DNA of 64,000 nt, taken from NCBI GenBank assembly GCA_951406725.2, contig OX597816.1:122078001-122142000 (forward strand), read 5' to 3'. A program made the translations under genes and the position numbers. Positions 1-12,470 of this stretch are shown here, in pieces. Source of the DNA: Octopus vulgaris. Its lineage: Eukaryota. Under the pieces are notes generated by a model that did not search any database, was not told where the DNA came from, and saw nothing but the letters and a program-made list of their open reading frames with translations. Position 1 is the stretch's first letter, and every line of letters begins with the position of its first letter.

Positions 1-54
1 TAACCTGCTGTACCACAAACAGCAACACTGGTCTAAAAATAAAGGCTTTCTATC

Positions 55-605
55 CTTTAGTCAATTGTTTAATCGCCACCGCCAAGCCTGCTATTGTAAA
101 AAGCAAACATCGTTGGGAGTAATCGAAAACAATCGGATACTTCATTCAGCCAACTGTGACTAGGTGGTGTAACTAGTTGGATTACTGTCTAAAACCTTGC
201 AGAAGTTACAAAAATTATAAGACGAAGGCATTTTGGTGTAGGGAGCGAAAGAAGCTGTGCGAAATCCTGAGATCAGGACTAACCCTACACAAATCTGTTC
301 AGACTATCTGCAGTTAAAGGAGTTGCATTTGAAAGCTGAGTTAACAGCCTTCACCATCTACGATGCTTACAAAAGCCTCATAGAATCTATAAATAACATA
401 AATTGTAGGTTCTATAGAAACCAAATCAATTTGATAATTTAACTAATGAACCCCAAGATGTCACCCTATGATCTAATACAATACCAAGCGATATCAGCTG
501 CTATAGAGTATAGTATTTTAATGTTGAAACAAATACCTACAAAATACAGGAATTTTTTGCCTACAAATATAAAGCGTTATATCATATTGTACTATAATAA
601 ATTTT
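55..605 (+). pseudogene. Decayed hAT-superfamily transposase C-terminal half (CGGBP1-like group)
   Basis: Manual translation gives VNCLIATAKPAIVKSKHR..IGYFIQPTVTRWCN*L (PxxTRW motif). ORFs 257-442 and 446-649 follow, ending QAISAAIEYSILMLKQIPTKYRNFLPTNIKRYIILYYN, which resembles the hAT dimerisation motif (TSxxVERSFS..RNF). Stops are present. Confidence 0.65.
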
Positions 606-2379
606 CGCAATTGTTAATTTTTAAAATTGTTTTAACAATACTCGTATAAAATACAGTAATTGAAGCTAGAGTGACCACCCTAATGTTAATGGATTTATTA
701 ATAATGATAAGATTTGAGGATAAAATCTGCCAATAAAGTTAAAAGGTAAGGTTTAAGAAGTATGAAATTAGGTTAAAATCAAGCAATTTTGAAGGTTAAC
801 AAAATTGCCCTATTGATTATTAGTTAAAACCGTTGTTAAATTAAAGTCGGAAAGGTGGCGAACCAGTCGATCCTCAGTCTCGAAAGTTGTTATAGGATAT
901 TTGAGGATACAGATGAGGATTCAAATCACTATTTGGGACATGCCTGTAGGAGAATTTGAACACAATATTGCAAGCCAGAAACTCGTCTAGTTTATTATGT
1001 TGCCTTTTCCAGCAGCTATCAACATTATTGCTCTGTGATATTTATTTTCAGATTAGTGGGTTTATTACTCCACTTATCTGAACATTATGAACTCAAAATT
1101 ATACCAGTTACAAAATACGAACAGCCACTTATATTGACTAGGTCATTTGAAATTCTCCGACTACTTATTTAAAGATATTAAGTAAACAAAACTGTTATGC
1201 AGACACTCTATAATTCATAATTAAAGGGAACCACTTGAAGTTAACATCTTCATTATGTCGCTTATAGAAGACACGCCATTCTGTCGAAATCCATTCTTCT
1301 TCAAGTTTTATTCTTCATAGAATATGAAGTCAAACAACCTACGTTATTGTAACATTGAGAACTTACACAGTATTCCTACTACATACAATATTGAATGATA
1401 TTACATAGTAAATGCAGAGAGTTGCGAAGTTTAATGTGATAACAGTTAATTATATTTGATAAGGAAAATGACCTTTTAGTTGCTAGCCTGGCATCTTATC
1501 GATTCACCAGTATCATTAAACACTCCTACAACTGTAACTTAGAATTAAGTTAACATTGACAAGATATGAACCTAATTCTTCAATAAATAGTCGATGCGTT
1601 TGTGAGACAATAACTATATGAGATGGTTAACATGAGCTCAAAAATTCTAGTAGTGTACATATTTATCAATGAAGCACTCCTTTCCGTTTGAATCAATCGG
1701 TAAAACAAGCTCACTATCACTTGAGATATTCTTAAAGTGAAAGTGGACAGTTTAATTCTTGCTATTTGTTTTAATTAAGTAATGGCAATGTTTTCTACTT
1801 CCTGTTGCTGTCGTACATATTTTCCTGGCAATAACGGCACAGCTATGCAATCTAATATAATGTGGTTGGAAAGAGGTTGGCGGACAGAGAGCTACTATAT
1901 AATGAACATGTATTATACTTATTTATCAGCGACTCTATAGGAATGTCATAGCCAAGTTTCGTAGAATAGTGATAAGATCATGATGGAGCAACGCTTGTGA
2001 AATGGTTACAATATTTGGTTGTAGACAATTCTCTTCACGTAATTAATCCGATAATGTTCTTGTAACAATTAATGAATGCCATAAATCTCGTTTTATTTGC
2101 CTTTTAAATTCGTGGTATTGTGATTATGTAGGAAATCAATATTCTAGTCGGAGCAAATGCAATTCTTTGTTGCATTTATTTATATTTCTGTACTTACTGA
2201 GTTCAAATCATATCTGGGTTCATTTAGCCTTCTGTTCTTTTCGGAGTTTCGGATTCGTAAAACAAAGTATTAATCAATTAAATCTGATTTGGGCAAAGTT
2301 AGCAAATGTATTATCGATAGGATTATACTTCTCGTTAAAAATAAGATCAAACTCCCTTTGTGGTGCTCTACCAGTGATG

Positions 2380-2880
2380 AATCTACGGACTACTTTCATA
2401 TAACTATGGGGTAGTCCGATTCCGCACAGATGACGGATTTGGTGGGCCTATATCTCCTCTCTCAAATTAAAAGTAGCTTGCCAAATGAATCCGGAGATCT
2501 TTATAGGGAAGATGCGCTCCTTGCTACCCAAGGTCTATCTAAATTAGCAGCAGTAAAGATAAAAATGCCCTTAGGAAATTATTGTTAGATATTTTTCAAC
2601 CTTAATATTATTTTTGATGCTAATTCTAAGGTAGCCAGCTTTCTGAACGTAACAGTGGACCTTAATAGCGAATTATACTACCCGTTTTGAAAACCTAGTC
2701 AATCCCTGCAACATATTAACATTTTCTCGACTCATCCTAGATTAACTATCAATAGCATCATTACAGCTATTAGAATCTCAATTTTTTCCGCTAATGAGGA
2801 GATCTTTAATCAACGTGTCCCGGTTTGCAATAATGCCTTGAAACTAAGTGGTTTTAATTATCAAAATTCTTACACACCTA
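2380..2880 (+). mobile_element. Penelope-like element RT fragment (degenerate)
   Basis: Manual translation across frameshifts: ITMG*SDSAQMTDLVGLYLLSQI, LYRED, FNLNIIFDANSKVASFLNVTVDLNSELYYPF*KPSQSLQHINIFSTHP. These match PLE RT motifs (MGSxDGAE..LVG, YRDD, FLDVTLDL..KP..YI..SNHP). Confidence 0.75.
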
Positions 2881-3155
2881 ACACTAAACTTGAGATAAAA
2901 TTAGCAAATATATCTCCTAACTCTATCTCTAAAACTATTAGCGCAAACCCTGTATTGAGAAAACAAAGATTAAATTATCGTTCTTTTATTGTGGAAGCAT
3001 ACGAATTTATTATCATTAATTTTTAAGTCATCTTTTTGTTGCACCGTCAGTCGTTCAGAGCCCCACCTCCTCATTTGTACTGTCACTTCTATGTTGGCTT
3101 CTTGTAGACAATAAAGAATTACAAAAAGTGTTAAGAATGTGATTTTATGAGGATA

Positions 3156-3252
3156 CCTTTCTTGATGAAGGGGATTTTGTCTGCATGGTTTGTATGATTT
3201 CTATTAAATTTTCTACCAGAACATGAACTCTGGAAACGGCCGTAGAAAATGG
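3156..3252 (+). ncRNA. Degenerate type I hammerhead ribozyme in a PLE pLTR relic
   Basis: cctttc-TTGATGA-(long stem II)-GAAACGGCCGTA-gaaaatgg. Stem III is the palindrome ACGGCCGT, the site is GUA and stem I is tttc/gaaa. Core C3 has changed to T. Confidence 0.5.
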
Positions 3253-3646
3253 ACTTCCTCGAATTGTATTATATACCTTATATACCATTTATATATTTAA
3301 AAATATACACATTGAATTCTATGGATCTTTTAATTGAAACAACTCTTAACTGCTTTTAACTTTAGTACAAAATATATTTTATCAGTTCTCTTTTTCTCAC
3401 ACTTCTTTTCACACATATCCCACATAGGTTTTCTTTACATGTATTTTATGTATATTCATATATATATATATATATATATATACATTTTTACTAATATTTA
3501 AGAAAAATATTCATATATTTACATTTTTACTAATATTTAAGAAAAATATTCATATATGTCGATATGTATTAATATATGTATACCTATTTTAAGTCGAATT
3601 TATAACTTTATGAGTATGATTGTCTAATTTGTGTTTATATCTTAAT

Positions 3647-3648
<2 letters not shown>

Positions 3649-3703
<55 letters not shown>

Positions 3704-3720
3704 AACACGCACACACACAC

Positions 3721-3779
<59 letters not shown>

Positions 3780-3790
3780 CATACATACAG
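3649..3790. repeat. Compound (TA)n(CA)n microsatellite
   Basis: Directly visible. Confidence 0.95.
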
Positions 3791-4049
3791 CGCAGTCTAG
3801 GAATTGATAGACTTTACAGCTTTTTCGATTATTTGACCTCTAAATTTTAATTTTCGAGTGAAGTACAGTTAACCTTATGGATAGAAAGTATTAGCTACGT
3901 GACACACTATATAATCTCTACTTCATCATTATCGTTATCATCATCACTGCCGATATCGCCATCACCATCGTCGTTGTAAATATATCCAATCCATAATCAT
4001 GTAATACTTAGCTTATTCACTAGCATTGTTCTGTTCCCTCTTATCTGAG

Positions 4050-4620
4050 TGTATGTCGAAATGCTTTGTTATTATAGATACATCTCAGATAATGGAAGTC
4101 TTGATTCTGTAGTATCTGTACACTTTGTCTTGAATCGACAACGCATCTCTTTCGGTAGCACTTCTAGGCCAGACATTTCTAGCATGAACTCTCAAAAGCA
4201 GGCTAAACAGTTGATTCTCATGGATATCCGGAGTTTCTCCGAGACCGTCACTGCTATTACCCTTCACTCTACAGAATGCTAACATGGAAATTCTGCAGTT
4301 CACATTGCCCGGAAATTTGAGAGCTGCTTGTATTTGAAAAAATTTCTTGATGCCAGGCTCCTAATCGTGGTTTTCTCTTAACCCGAGCCTGGTAATCAGT
4401 TAGAGTATCGGGAGTGTCAAAGTGCTTAACACCTGGCCATCAATAACGAATGTCAGTAGATGTCGTAGCTTCAGCTCATGCCTGCTGCAGCTTCAGTTAC
4501 AGTTTATTGAGCCCTCTGGGGTGGGAGAAAATGAACTATTTGACCAATGGAATGCGTACCTTCCACAAGATACGAAAAAAAAGTTCAGATTCAGTAATTT
4601 GGCTTTATTTCCCTTCGGGA
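4050..4620 (-). mobile_element. Degenerate L1/Tx1-like LINE ORF2 C-terminal fragment
   Basis: GC-richer patch. ORF 4085-4303 ends ..ATERDALSIQDKVYRY, loosely like the Tx1 'W...ALPVRDKL' region before the zinc knuckle. Confidence 0.3.
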
Positions 4621-5589
4621 TAAATTAATTAAGTACTAAGCAAATACTTTATTCACCCAGATAAGGAGGCCTTGCGCCAATATGGAAATTCAGTCACATA
4701 AGTGTTGTATCTGTCAAGGTTAATTTTGCTTTTCATCCTTTTAGGGCTTATAAAATAAAGTACTAGGCAAATAGTGTGGTCATTTAATGGAATAACTGCC
4801 CTCTTCAGACGTTTTGGCCCTTTGCCTTGGTAACAAATCATTATTATGGTTGTTGCAAGTGTCAGTTAAGCACTGGAGTCGATGCAGTCGAGTAGCCCCT
4901 ACACCAAATTCCAGCCTTGTGCCTATATTAGAAAGGATTATTGTTACGGTTATTGTGGTTTAACTCGAGGTCAGCTTAGATCAAACAATTCTAAAAGACA
5001 TTCAACAGGATTTTTTATTATTTAAAATGTTTTCTTATCTGTGTTTCATATATAATGTAACAAGAACAACATTTGCAATGCGTTCTTTCTTCAAAAAAGA
5101 AAAAAAACAAACAAACAAAAAGAAAAAGCAAAAAAGTCGGATGCAATTTGAAGAACATTTAGTTGCTATTTCTAAGAGGTCGAGCGACCACCTTGAGGCT
5201 TCCGCGTTGCCAAGTAGTCACATTATTGTTGCGATACGCGTAGTTCTTATTTTCATGAGAAGTTTTCGTTTCTTCACACTTTATCTCTAATCTTTCATTA
5301 ATTGTGGATAACTAATGAAGTACATCAAACCTGAACAGCAAGTATAACATAGATAAAATTCCTTTATATAATATAGTCTTTATAATTGTTTAGTTCTATG
5401 TCAGTATTAACTGAACAGGCTTATCAAAAAAGGCGTTCTTGTCGTGATTATCCAACTCTAATACTAGGCATCATATATCTGAAGTACGTTATCCAATATG
5501 TTCATCCTTTTTCAAGAAGTTTGAAGGAGATTGAGATGCTATTGCAAGATGGTAAGCAATTTTAAAGAAGTTCACTCTTAATAAAACCT

Positions 5590-5978
5590 TTTATTTTTTT
5601 ACTTCAATCCTTTAAGATGCTGAAGCACCATTTAGCAGGGTTTCTCGAAAAATCCTAATACTTATATTAAATCAGTTATTTAACCTTACGGTATCCTGTG
5701 TCGAGGATCTCGTTCTTTGAGGGAATGTAAACAAATCAATACAGGTTGTTAAGCGGTGGGGGACAAACACACACACGCACACACACACACACATACACAC
5801 ACACACCCACACCTTCTCGATAGACACGTATACAGTTTCTGTCTACTGGATCTACTCATAAGGTATTGGTCGGCCAGGAGCTATAGTAGGAGACATGCTC
5901 AGTGTCACGCAATGGTACCAAACCCAAAGACTGTGTAACTGCGAAGCGAACTTCTTACCCGTACATCCATACTGGCAC
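5590..5978 (-). mobile_element. tRNA-derived SINE (octopus OK-like) with internal (TG)n
   Basis: Minus-strand head ggtgccagtatggatgtacgggtaagaagttcgc..., then (TG)n, then a tgtttgtccccaccgcttaacaacc block shared with copies at ~38.7 and ~47.45 kb. Confidence 0.6.
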
Positions 5979-5989
5979 CTATTATAAAA

Positions 5990-6375
5990 TTTAATTGTTT
6001 CTGATTTTAGCACGGAGTCTGCAACTTTGAGGGAATAGAGGTTTGTCGATACTATCGATCTCAGAACTCGACCGGTACTTTAGTTGATCGTCCTCGGCGG
6101 GATAAAGGCAAAGTACACCTCTGTGGGATTTGAAGTTAGAACATAAAGGGCTAGAAGAAGTACCACATGCCATTTCCGACGTCTTAATGATCCTGTCAGC
6201 TGACCGTCTAAATAATAGTTTCTAATTTAGGCCCAAAGGCCAATAGTTTTTGGAGGGAGAGGGGCTGTCGATATCATAGACTCCATTACTTGACAGGTAC
6301 TTTATTTTATCGACTCGTAAAGATGAAAGCAAAGTTGGTCTCAGTGGAATTTGAACTCAGAATGTAAAGAGCATT
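5990..6375 (-). mobile_element. Two adjacent copies of an abundant tRNA-SINE
   Basis: Plus-strand motif atgaaag(g)caaagt..ctc.gtggaatttgaactcagaa (B-box GTTCAAAT on minus). It recurs at least eight times in the window. Confidence 0.75.
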
Positions 6376-6545
6376 TTCTTTGCCACTTCGCTGCGCAAAT
6401 TATACATAATATAATATAATATGATATGATATGGTATGATATAATCCTTTCTATTCTAAGCACGAGGCCTGAAATCATTAGTATCAACCCTTGGCTCCTT
6501 CACTTTCTATATTATCTACATTCATTCTCCACATTTATGTATTCA

Positions 6546-6740
6546 TATATACATATACTCATGCATATATACATACACACATTCACACACATCCATCCAT
6601 CCATCCATCCATCCATCCATCCATCCATCCATCCATCCATCCATCCATCCATCCATCCATCCATACATACATACATACATACATACATACATACATGCAT
6701 ACATACGTACATACATAGATACATACATACACACACATAT
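6546..6740. repeat. (CATC)n/(CATA)n microsatellite
   Basis: Directly visible. Confidence 0.95.
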
Positions 6741-7249
6741 TCTATTATGTATTTTAAAATATAAGAATACACTTGACCGGTTTCATATCAAATTTTCAAA
6801 AGTATATGCTGTGTTGAGTTGTATCGCAGATTATGTCTATTCTGAGCGTTGTTATGGAAATAGCTTGTTTTTAAAGTAAGAATGTGGTTCAGAACGCATC
6901 TGTTAACGTACAAATTGATTGGTCAACGTTCATGTGAACGTCGCGCGAGAAGGCTGCATAAACGATTTTCTCGTATGTGAAATGAATAAGTAGTATGATA
7001 ATTGCTTACATAAACGTGTTATGAATAATTATGTATTATATTCTCAGTGTTCTTTATATGTAGAATCTCACTCTTTTTTTCTCTCTCTGTACACACACAC
7101 ATGCATACATACATACTTACATACATACACACACACACATATATATATACATATATACATACATATAAATATATACATACACATATATGCATATACATGC
7201 ATATATATATATATATATACATACATACATACATACATATTGTGCAAAA

Positions 7250-8100
7250 TTGAATGACATCCTGAAAACACACAAACTCATCAAATGCAAAAAAGCAACA
7301 TAAATCGTTAAAGAGACTACTAACAAATGCGAAGCTTTACAAAACAACCACGAAGCCAATGGTTAAAAAATGTGGACGCCTAAACTGTGGAACCTGCCCC
7401 AACTTGAAGGCTTGGATTTTCTTTTCAAACAAGGACTGAGGTTCACGATTAAAACTACTTTCACTTGTGTCTCTGAGAACCTAATTTATGTAATAATCTG
7501 CTCGGGTTGCGGACACCACTATATTGGACAGACAAGTATGACCTGGAGAAGGAGAACCACTCTACATAAAGAGCAAATCCGTTTCCCGCAATACAGGCAA
7601 ATTTCACAATCTTCCCCTTCTACCAGTGCAAAGACATAATCTCTCCACAAGAATGTTTAAATAAAGAAACCTTTTCATTGAAAAATACAGAACACGTCTT
7701 AATATGCACGCGTAACCAACTTTTACTTTTACATATTTCAATTCACGATTACATCACTGTACATAAATACCTTCACTATACAAGTTTTTCGAAACATGTT
7801 TTTGTCTGTACATATATATTTCCCTATATATTTACCGAAAGCTGAACAGTTATCTCCCTTGCTCACAAGAATAGCAATAATAACAATAATCAATTACCTC
7901 CCCTTATTTTTCTACTTGTGAAGTCATTCACTCGTAAATATCATCACACGCAACATGGGAAAAATTTCTTCTTAAGGAAATACATATTCAAATAAGTAAA
8001 CCATAATATCATGAATAGCGAATGTGAAACCGGTCGATATATTAAAAATTATATTAAAACTGTGTAAAGTGTGTGCATTTTCCTTTTTTATTTCTTATAT
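7250..8100 (+). mobile_element. Penelope-like element 3' end: GIY-YIG endonuclease fragment plus pLTR relic
   Basis: ORF 7370-7639 FTCVSENLIYVIICSGCGHHYIGQT..RRTTLH is a PLE GIY-YIG with CxxC. Downstream GAAACCGGTC (~8026-8035) is a hammerhead stem III/GUC remnant. The relic is flanked by (TA)-rich microsatellites. Confidence 0.8.
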
Positions 8101-8114
8101 ACATACATATATAC

Positions 8115-8178
<64 letters not shown>

Positions 8179-9010
8179 TTGTGTGTGTATGTGTACGCAC
8201 ACAGACAAACACACAAATATATCACCAATTGTATATCATTGTAACTGTATAACTTTTCTATTCTTTTTACTTTCTGATTATAGATGTACATCCTCTCTAT
8301 TATTTATCTAATCTTTCTTTTATGGTCTTATACTCGATAACCGTACTCAACAGTTTCCCTTTCCTCAAGTTTTTCTAAACATATTCCTAATTAGTTCCCC
8401 ATCTCTTTCGTTTTCTGCATTACTATCTTAATGTGTGTTTCATACGTATCACAACGTTGAATGAACCCTGTGAAACTAATCACATAATGATGTTGAAGTT
8501 TGTTAAAAGTTTCAGAAAAAAGAAAGCAATGAAGCGAAATAATGGAGGCATCGAGATTTATCACCCATATGAAATCTAAGACTTATGAACTATGAAAGTG
8601 TCAGTATCAGCTGTAACTATAGACACATTAAGGTTTTTCTACCAAAGATAAGCAGATACGAAAGGTTAGCAGTAACAGCATCAACAACAACAATAGTAAT
8701 ACCAGAACCAACGGAAGCAATGCATTGGATCTCTCGTTCTCATATAAATAAACCGTCAATACGGTAATCCCGTATTCAGCAAATCAACTTGATCTTCACC
8801 AATGCTCCCAGTTGGATACCAGGGCAAGATAATCCTTTGCCAAATAGTTCTGCAGGAAATAACACTGTACATATCAAGTAGGTACAATCCAATCTTTCAT
8901 CTACTCCCAACGGACAGTAAAAGAGAGAAATGTATAGCTAAGAAGTTTCATCCTCGAGAACTGCAATTGCTGTCATATTCCATTTGAAGCAAGTATCCTC
9001 TTCAGATATG

Positions 9011-9168
9011 TGGAGGCACATGGCCTAGTGTTTAGAGCAGTGGCATCGCGGTCGAGGGATCGCAGGTTGAATCTCAGACCGGGCGATGTGTGTGTTTATG
9101 AATGAAACACCTAAACTCCACGCGGTTTCGGCAGAAAGTAATGGCGAACCTCTGCTGACTCTTTCGCA
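9011..9168 (+). mobile_element. tRNA-derived SINE 5' part
   Basis: ggaggcacaTGGCCTAGTGtttagagc (A box) ... gcaGGTTGAATCtc (B-box-like). Confidence 0.65.
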
Positions 9169-11199
9169 GAACGAGAAGTAGAGGAAGAAAAGGAAGAGGT
9201 AAGGAAAGGAACCACGTCCAGATTAAAATCAAAACGCTTAAATCTGGTTTTCATGATCTCTTCAGTTCCTTGGATTTTCGCGAGAAGAAAGTAGAGTTTA
9301 AACAGGTTAATGAGAAATATCTAAACTACATAACATAAAAGGAAAATCCTGCTGTGAGAAACTGGAAAAATCGAATCTAGTACGCTAACGAGTTGATGTG
9401 TCAACTAATAATAAAGTGAAATTTGTAGGAACCCCATTCACTAAAATTTCACTTAGAACTGATGTTCGGTTGACTAAAACGACATCACTGAAGTTCAGCC
9501 ATATTATGAAGGATTATTGGCTCAACCTCGTAATTATTAGAGTATTAACTCAATAACATATTAGCATGATAAAGAGGATATAAAAATTCCAAATATTATA
9601 TTGAGACTACTACATCATCTGTAATATTATCAATCGGTGTGTTATCGATTGTTTGATTATATAATGAATATTTCATGTGTTTTTCATGTAGTTTGGTCAC
9701 CGGTGCTCATGACATTACTACGTGTCTAAAGTAAAGATAAGAGGATGAGAAGCAAGATTAAGTTGCATATTAAGTAGCTTTTGTATTAGTCTCTGCATTC
9801 ACAAACCGTTTCTTACTTGGAAATGAATATTTTATCCAAATTGAATTTCAGTTTTTCTAACAGATAAAATATATGCATAAAAATGTAAGAATTTAAATTA
9901 GATTCGTTTAAAATAAGAATGAAAATACATGCAATTGAATTTTGTTAGTTTCGTCTTTGTTACCGGCTGCAACTATTGTGAAGTTACAGTTTCAGAAATA
10001 CCCTGATTTTGCATATTTTTGGTTTCTCGTATGTCACGTGTTCTGTAACATTGCTCTAAACAGTTTTGCTAATCAATCATGATTCTCTCGGCCTTACAAC
10101 AATTTCCAACATATCTGACCTTCATCTTTAGTGCTACATGGTGTGTCCTCTTCCAACATCCAACCTTAATATCAACACATCTTACCATGAACCAATTAGG
10201 CAGCCTCTGTATGATTGCTCAACCTACTAGAAATATCAGCTAAATCTGCCTCAAACCATAACTAATATCGTAAAAAAGACACATTTGGCCAATTTAGCTC
10301 TAGCTATATACTAGGGCTGAAGACCTGAAAAGATAGTTACTGCAGGAATATTTCTGATCATAGGATTCTTGGATCTAGCCCGATCTGGATATAAACAAGT
10401 ACAATGATATATCTTTCGAAATTGTTTTCAAAACTTCAAGTGTAGAAAAGCGATGGCAAGGCAGAAACAGAAGTGATGGACTAAATGACATAGAATTAAG
10501 CCCGCTATTTCAATTTGAGTTTGTATTTAAATTTTTTATGAGAGTTAAGTGTTTTCGGATGTACATTGATGTGGATTCAGTCAGCTAAAACCATCTTCAA
10601 ACCTCTTTCATTGCACAAAGAGAAAAAGAAAATCAATATTTCAGCCTTGAATTTTGAAGAATCTGATTCTATCTAAACACTATTGACAAAAACTTGGTGA
10701 CATACATGGAATTCATTGTTGAATTACGCATCATTTCTCCTGTCATAGTATTTGCCACAGATCAGACGTCACTGTATTATTAAGCAGTTCATTTCACAGC
10801 CATATAGATCTGTCTTCAATCCCAATACGCAGAAAAGCATGGTAAGAAAAATTGTTGAATTAATTCTACAATAAATTACATGAATGTCATCAAGTTACTA
10901 TTTCTTTCGTAGTATTTAGATGTAATCAGATTGACTGATTCGACATCAGTGCATGTCTGAAAATGCTTTTCTCGGTTCTAGAGAATTCAAACGCAAAGTC
11001 GACCCCGATAATATGAATTCAAGTCTAACAAGGAGAAAACTAAATCTCTGAGTCATTTAGTCCAGTACTACTGTGTCAGTCACACATCATCTGTCTGCAT
11101 TGCAAAGTGTGTAAGTATGTTCTATAATGACTTTGGGTTGACCAATATCTTGTGAGGGGGAATAGGTGGTCAATTGACTGAACCAGTCCACCGTGTCTG

Positions 11200-11301
11200 C
11201 GTGTGCGTGTATGTATGTATGTATGTATGTATGTATGTATGTATGTATGTATGTATGTATGTATGTATGTATGTATGTATGTATGTATGCATGTATGTAT
11301 G
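11200..11301. repeat. (GTAT)n microsatellite
   Basis: Directly visible. Confidence 0.95.
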
Positions 11302-11429
11302 ACTCAGAAGTACCTTTTGCTTTTAAATGATACATAAAATTATTACTTTGTTGTAATTTTGTTTTCATAAATTGTGATACTATTTTTGCTTCTTTGATTT
11401 GTATATATTCTAACACAGATATATACACA

Positions 11430-11470
<41 letters not shown>

Positions 11471-11472
<2 letters not shown>

Positions 11473-12470
11473 CAAAAGATAAAAATGTAGTTAGGTGTTA
11501 AATAACCACCTAAGGGATATTAAATATCCAAAGAATTTACTGATTTTTTTACCTACATAAATAAACTGTATGCTTATTTTATCTATTTATTAACCTATTT
11601 GTTATGAGCGATAGTTCATAACATTGTTATTTATATAAGTAAAAAAAAACAGTAAATTCTTTCGATATCTAATATGCCTTAGGTGGTTGTTCAACACCTA
11701 ACTAAATTTTTGTTTTTTGCATAAATTCTGATAATTTATTTGTTACTTTCTAGTATCAGTAAATACAATTGTCTTATACAGAATAATACTAGATAATGGA
11801 ACTATTACAATTGACACATCTCTTAAAGACATACCAATACCTCCAAAAAATGTATATATGAAGGAAATTATTGGCAATATAACAGATTTCACACATACAC
11901 TAATATGGAGTACTGTTTATTATGATAAAAACCAAATGGGTACCACTAATAACAATACGGATAATAGCATGGATTTTCCTTCTGGACTATTTAAAACCAG
12001 GAAGACGTCATTACATAATAGCCACTTAGAAACATTTGAACAAAAACTATGAACTTCAATCAAAAACTTAAAATTTAAGAAACACCCACTGCGGAACAAC
12101 CACCACCAAAGGAAACTAACAAAATTAACCTATGAACTGAAAAATATAGAAAGCATTATACCCAAAACATAGCTAGTTATACATAAATAAATCCTAAACT
12201 ACAACTGTAACTTTTTGCTTTAATCTTCAATCACTGTATTTCAGATAAAAGAAACCTGTATAACATAGATATTAATTTATACCATAAATTTATGTATAAA
12301 GAAGTTACAAAAAATATAAGATAGTTCCTAATAGTACCCTTAGACAGATTAACCCAGAGGCTAAAAAATTTATGGAAAATTATAATATACATGATAAAAC
12401 AACATCATTAACACCTAGTAGACCACGGATTACAATTAAAGATCATAAGGAGAATTTTCATACAGATAGT
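11471..12470 (+). mobile_element. Penelope-like element 5' part with inverted pLTR segment
   Basis: Inverted arms of ~100 bp (11471-11570 and 11625-11720) precede the coding relic LKDIPIPPKNVYMKEII..LIW..FEQKL..IIP/SDK..ITIKDHKENF, a PLE N-terminal/RT-start signature. Confidence 0.75.
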
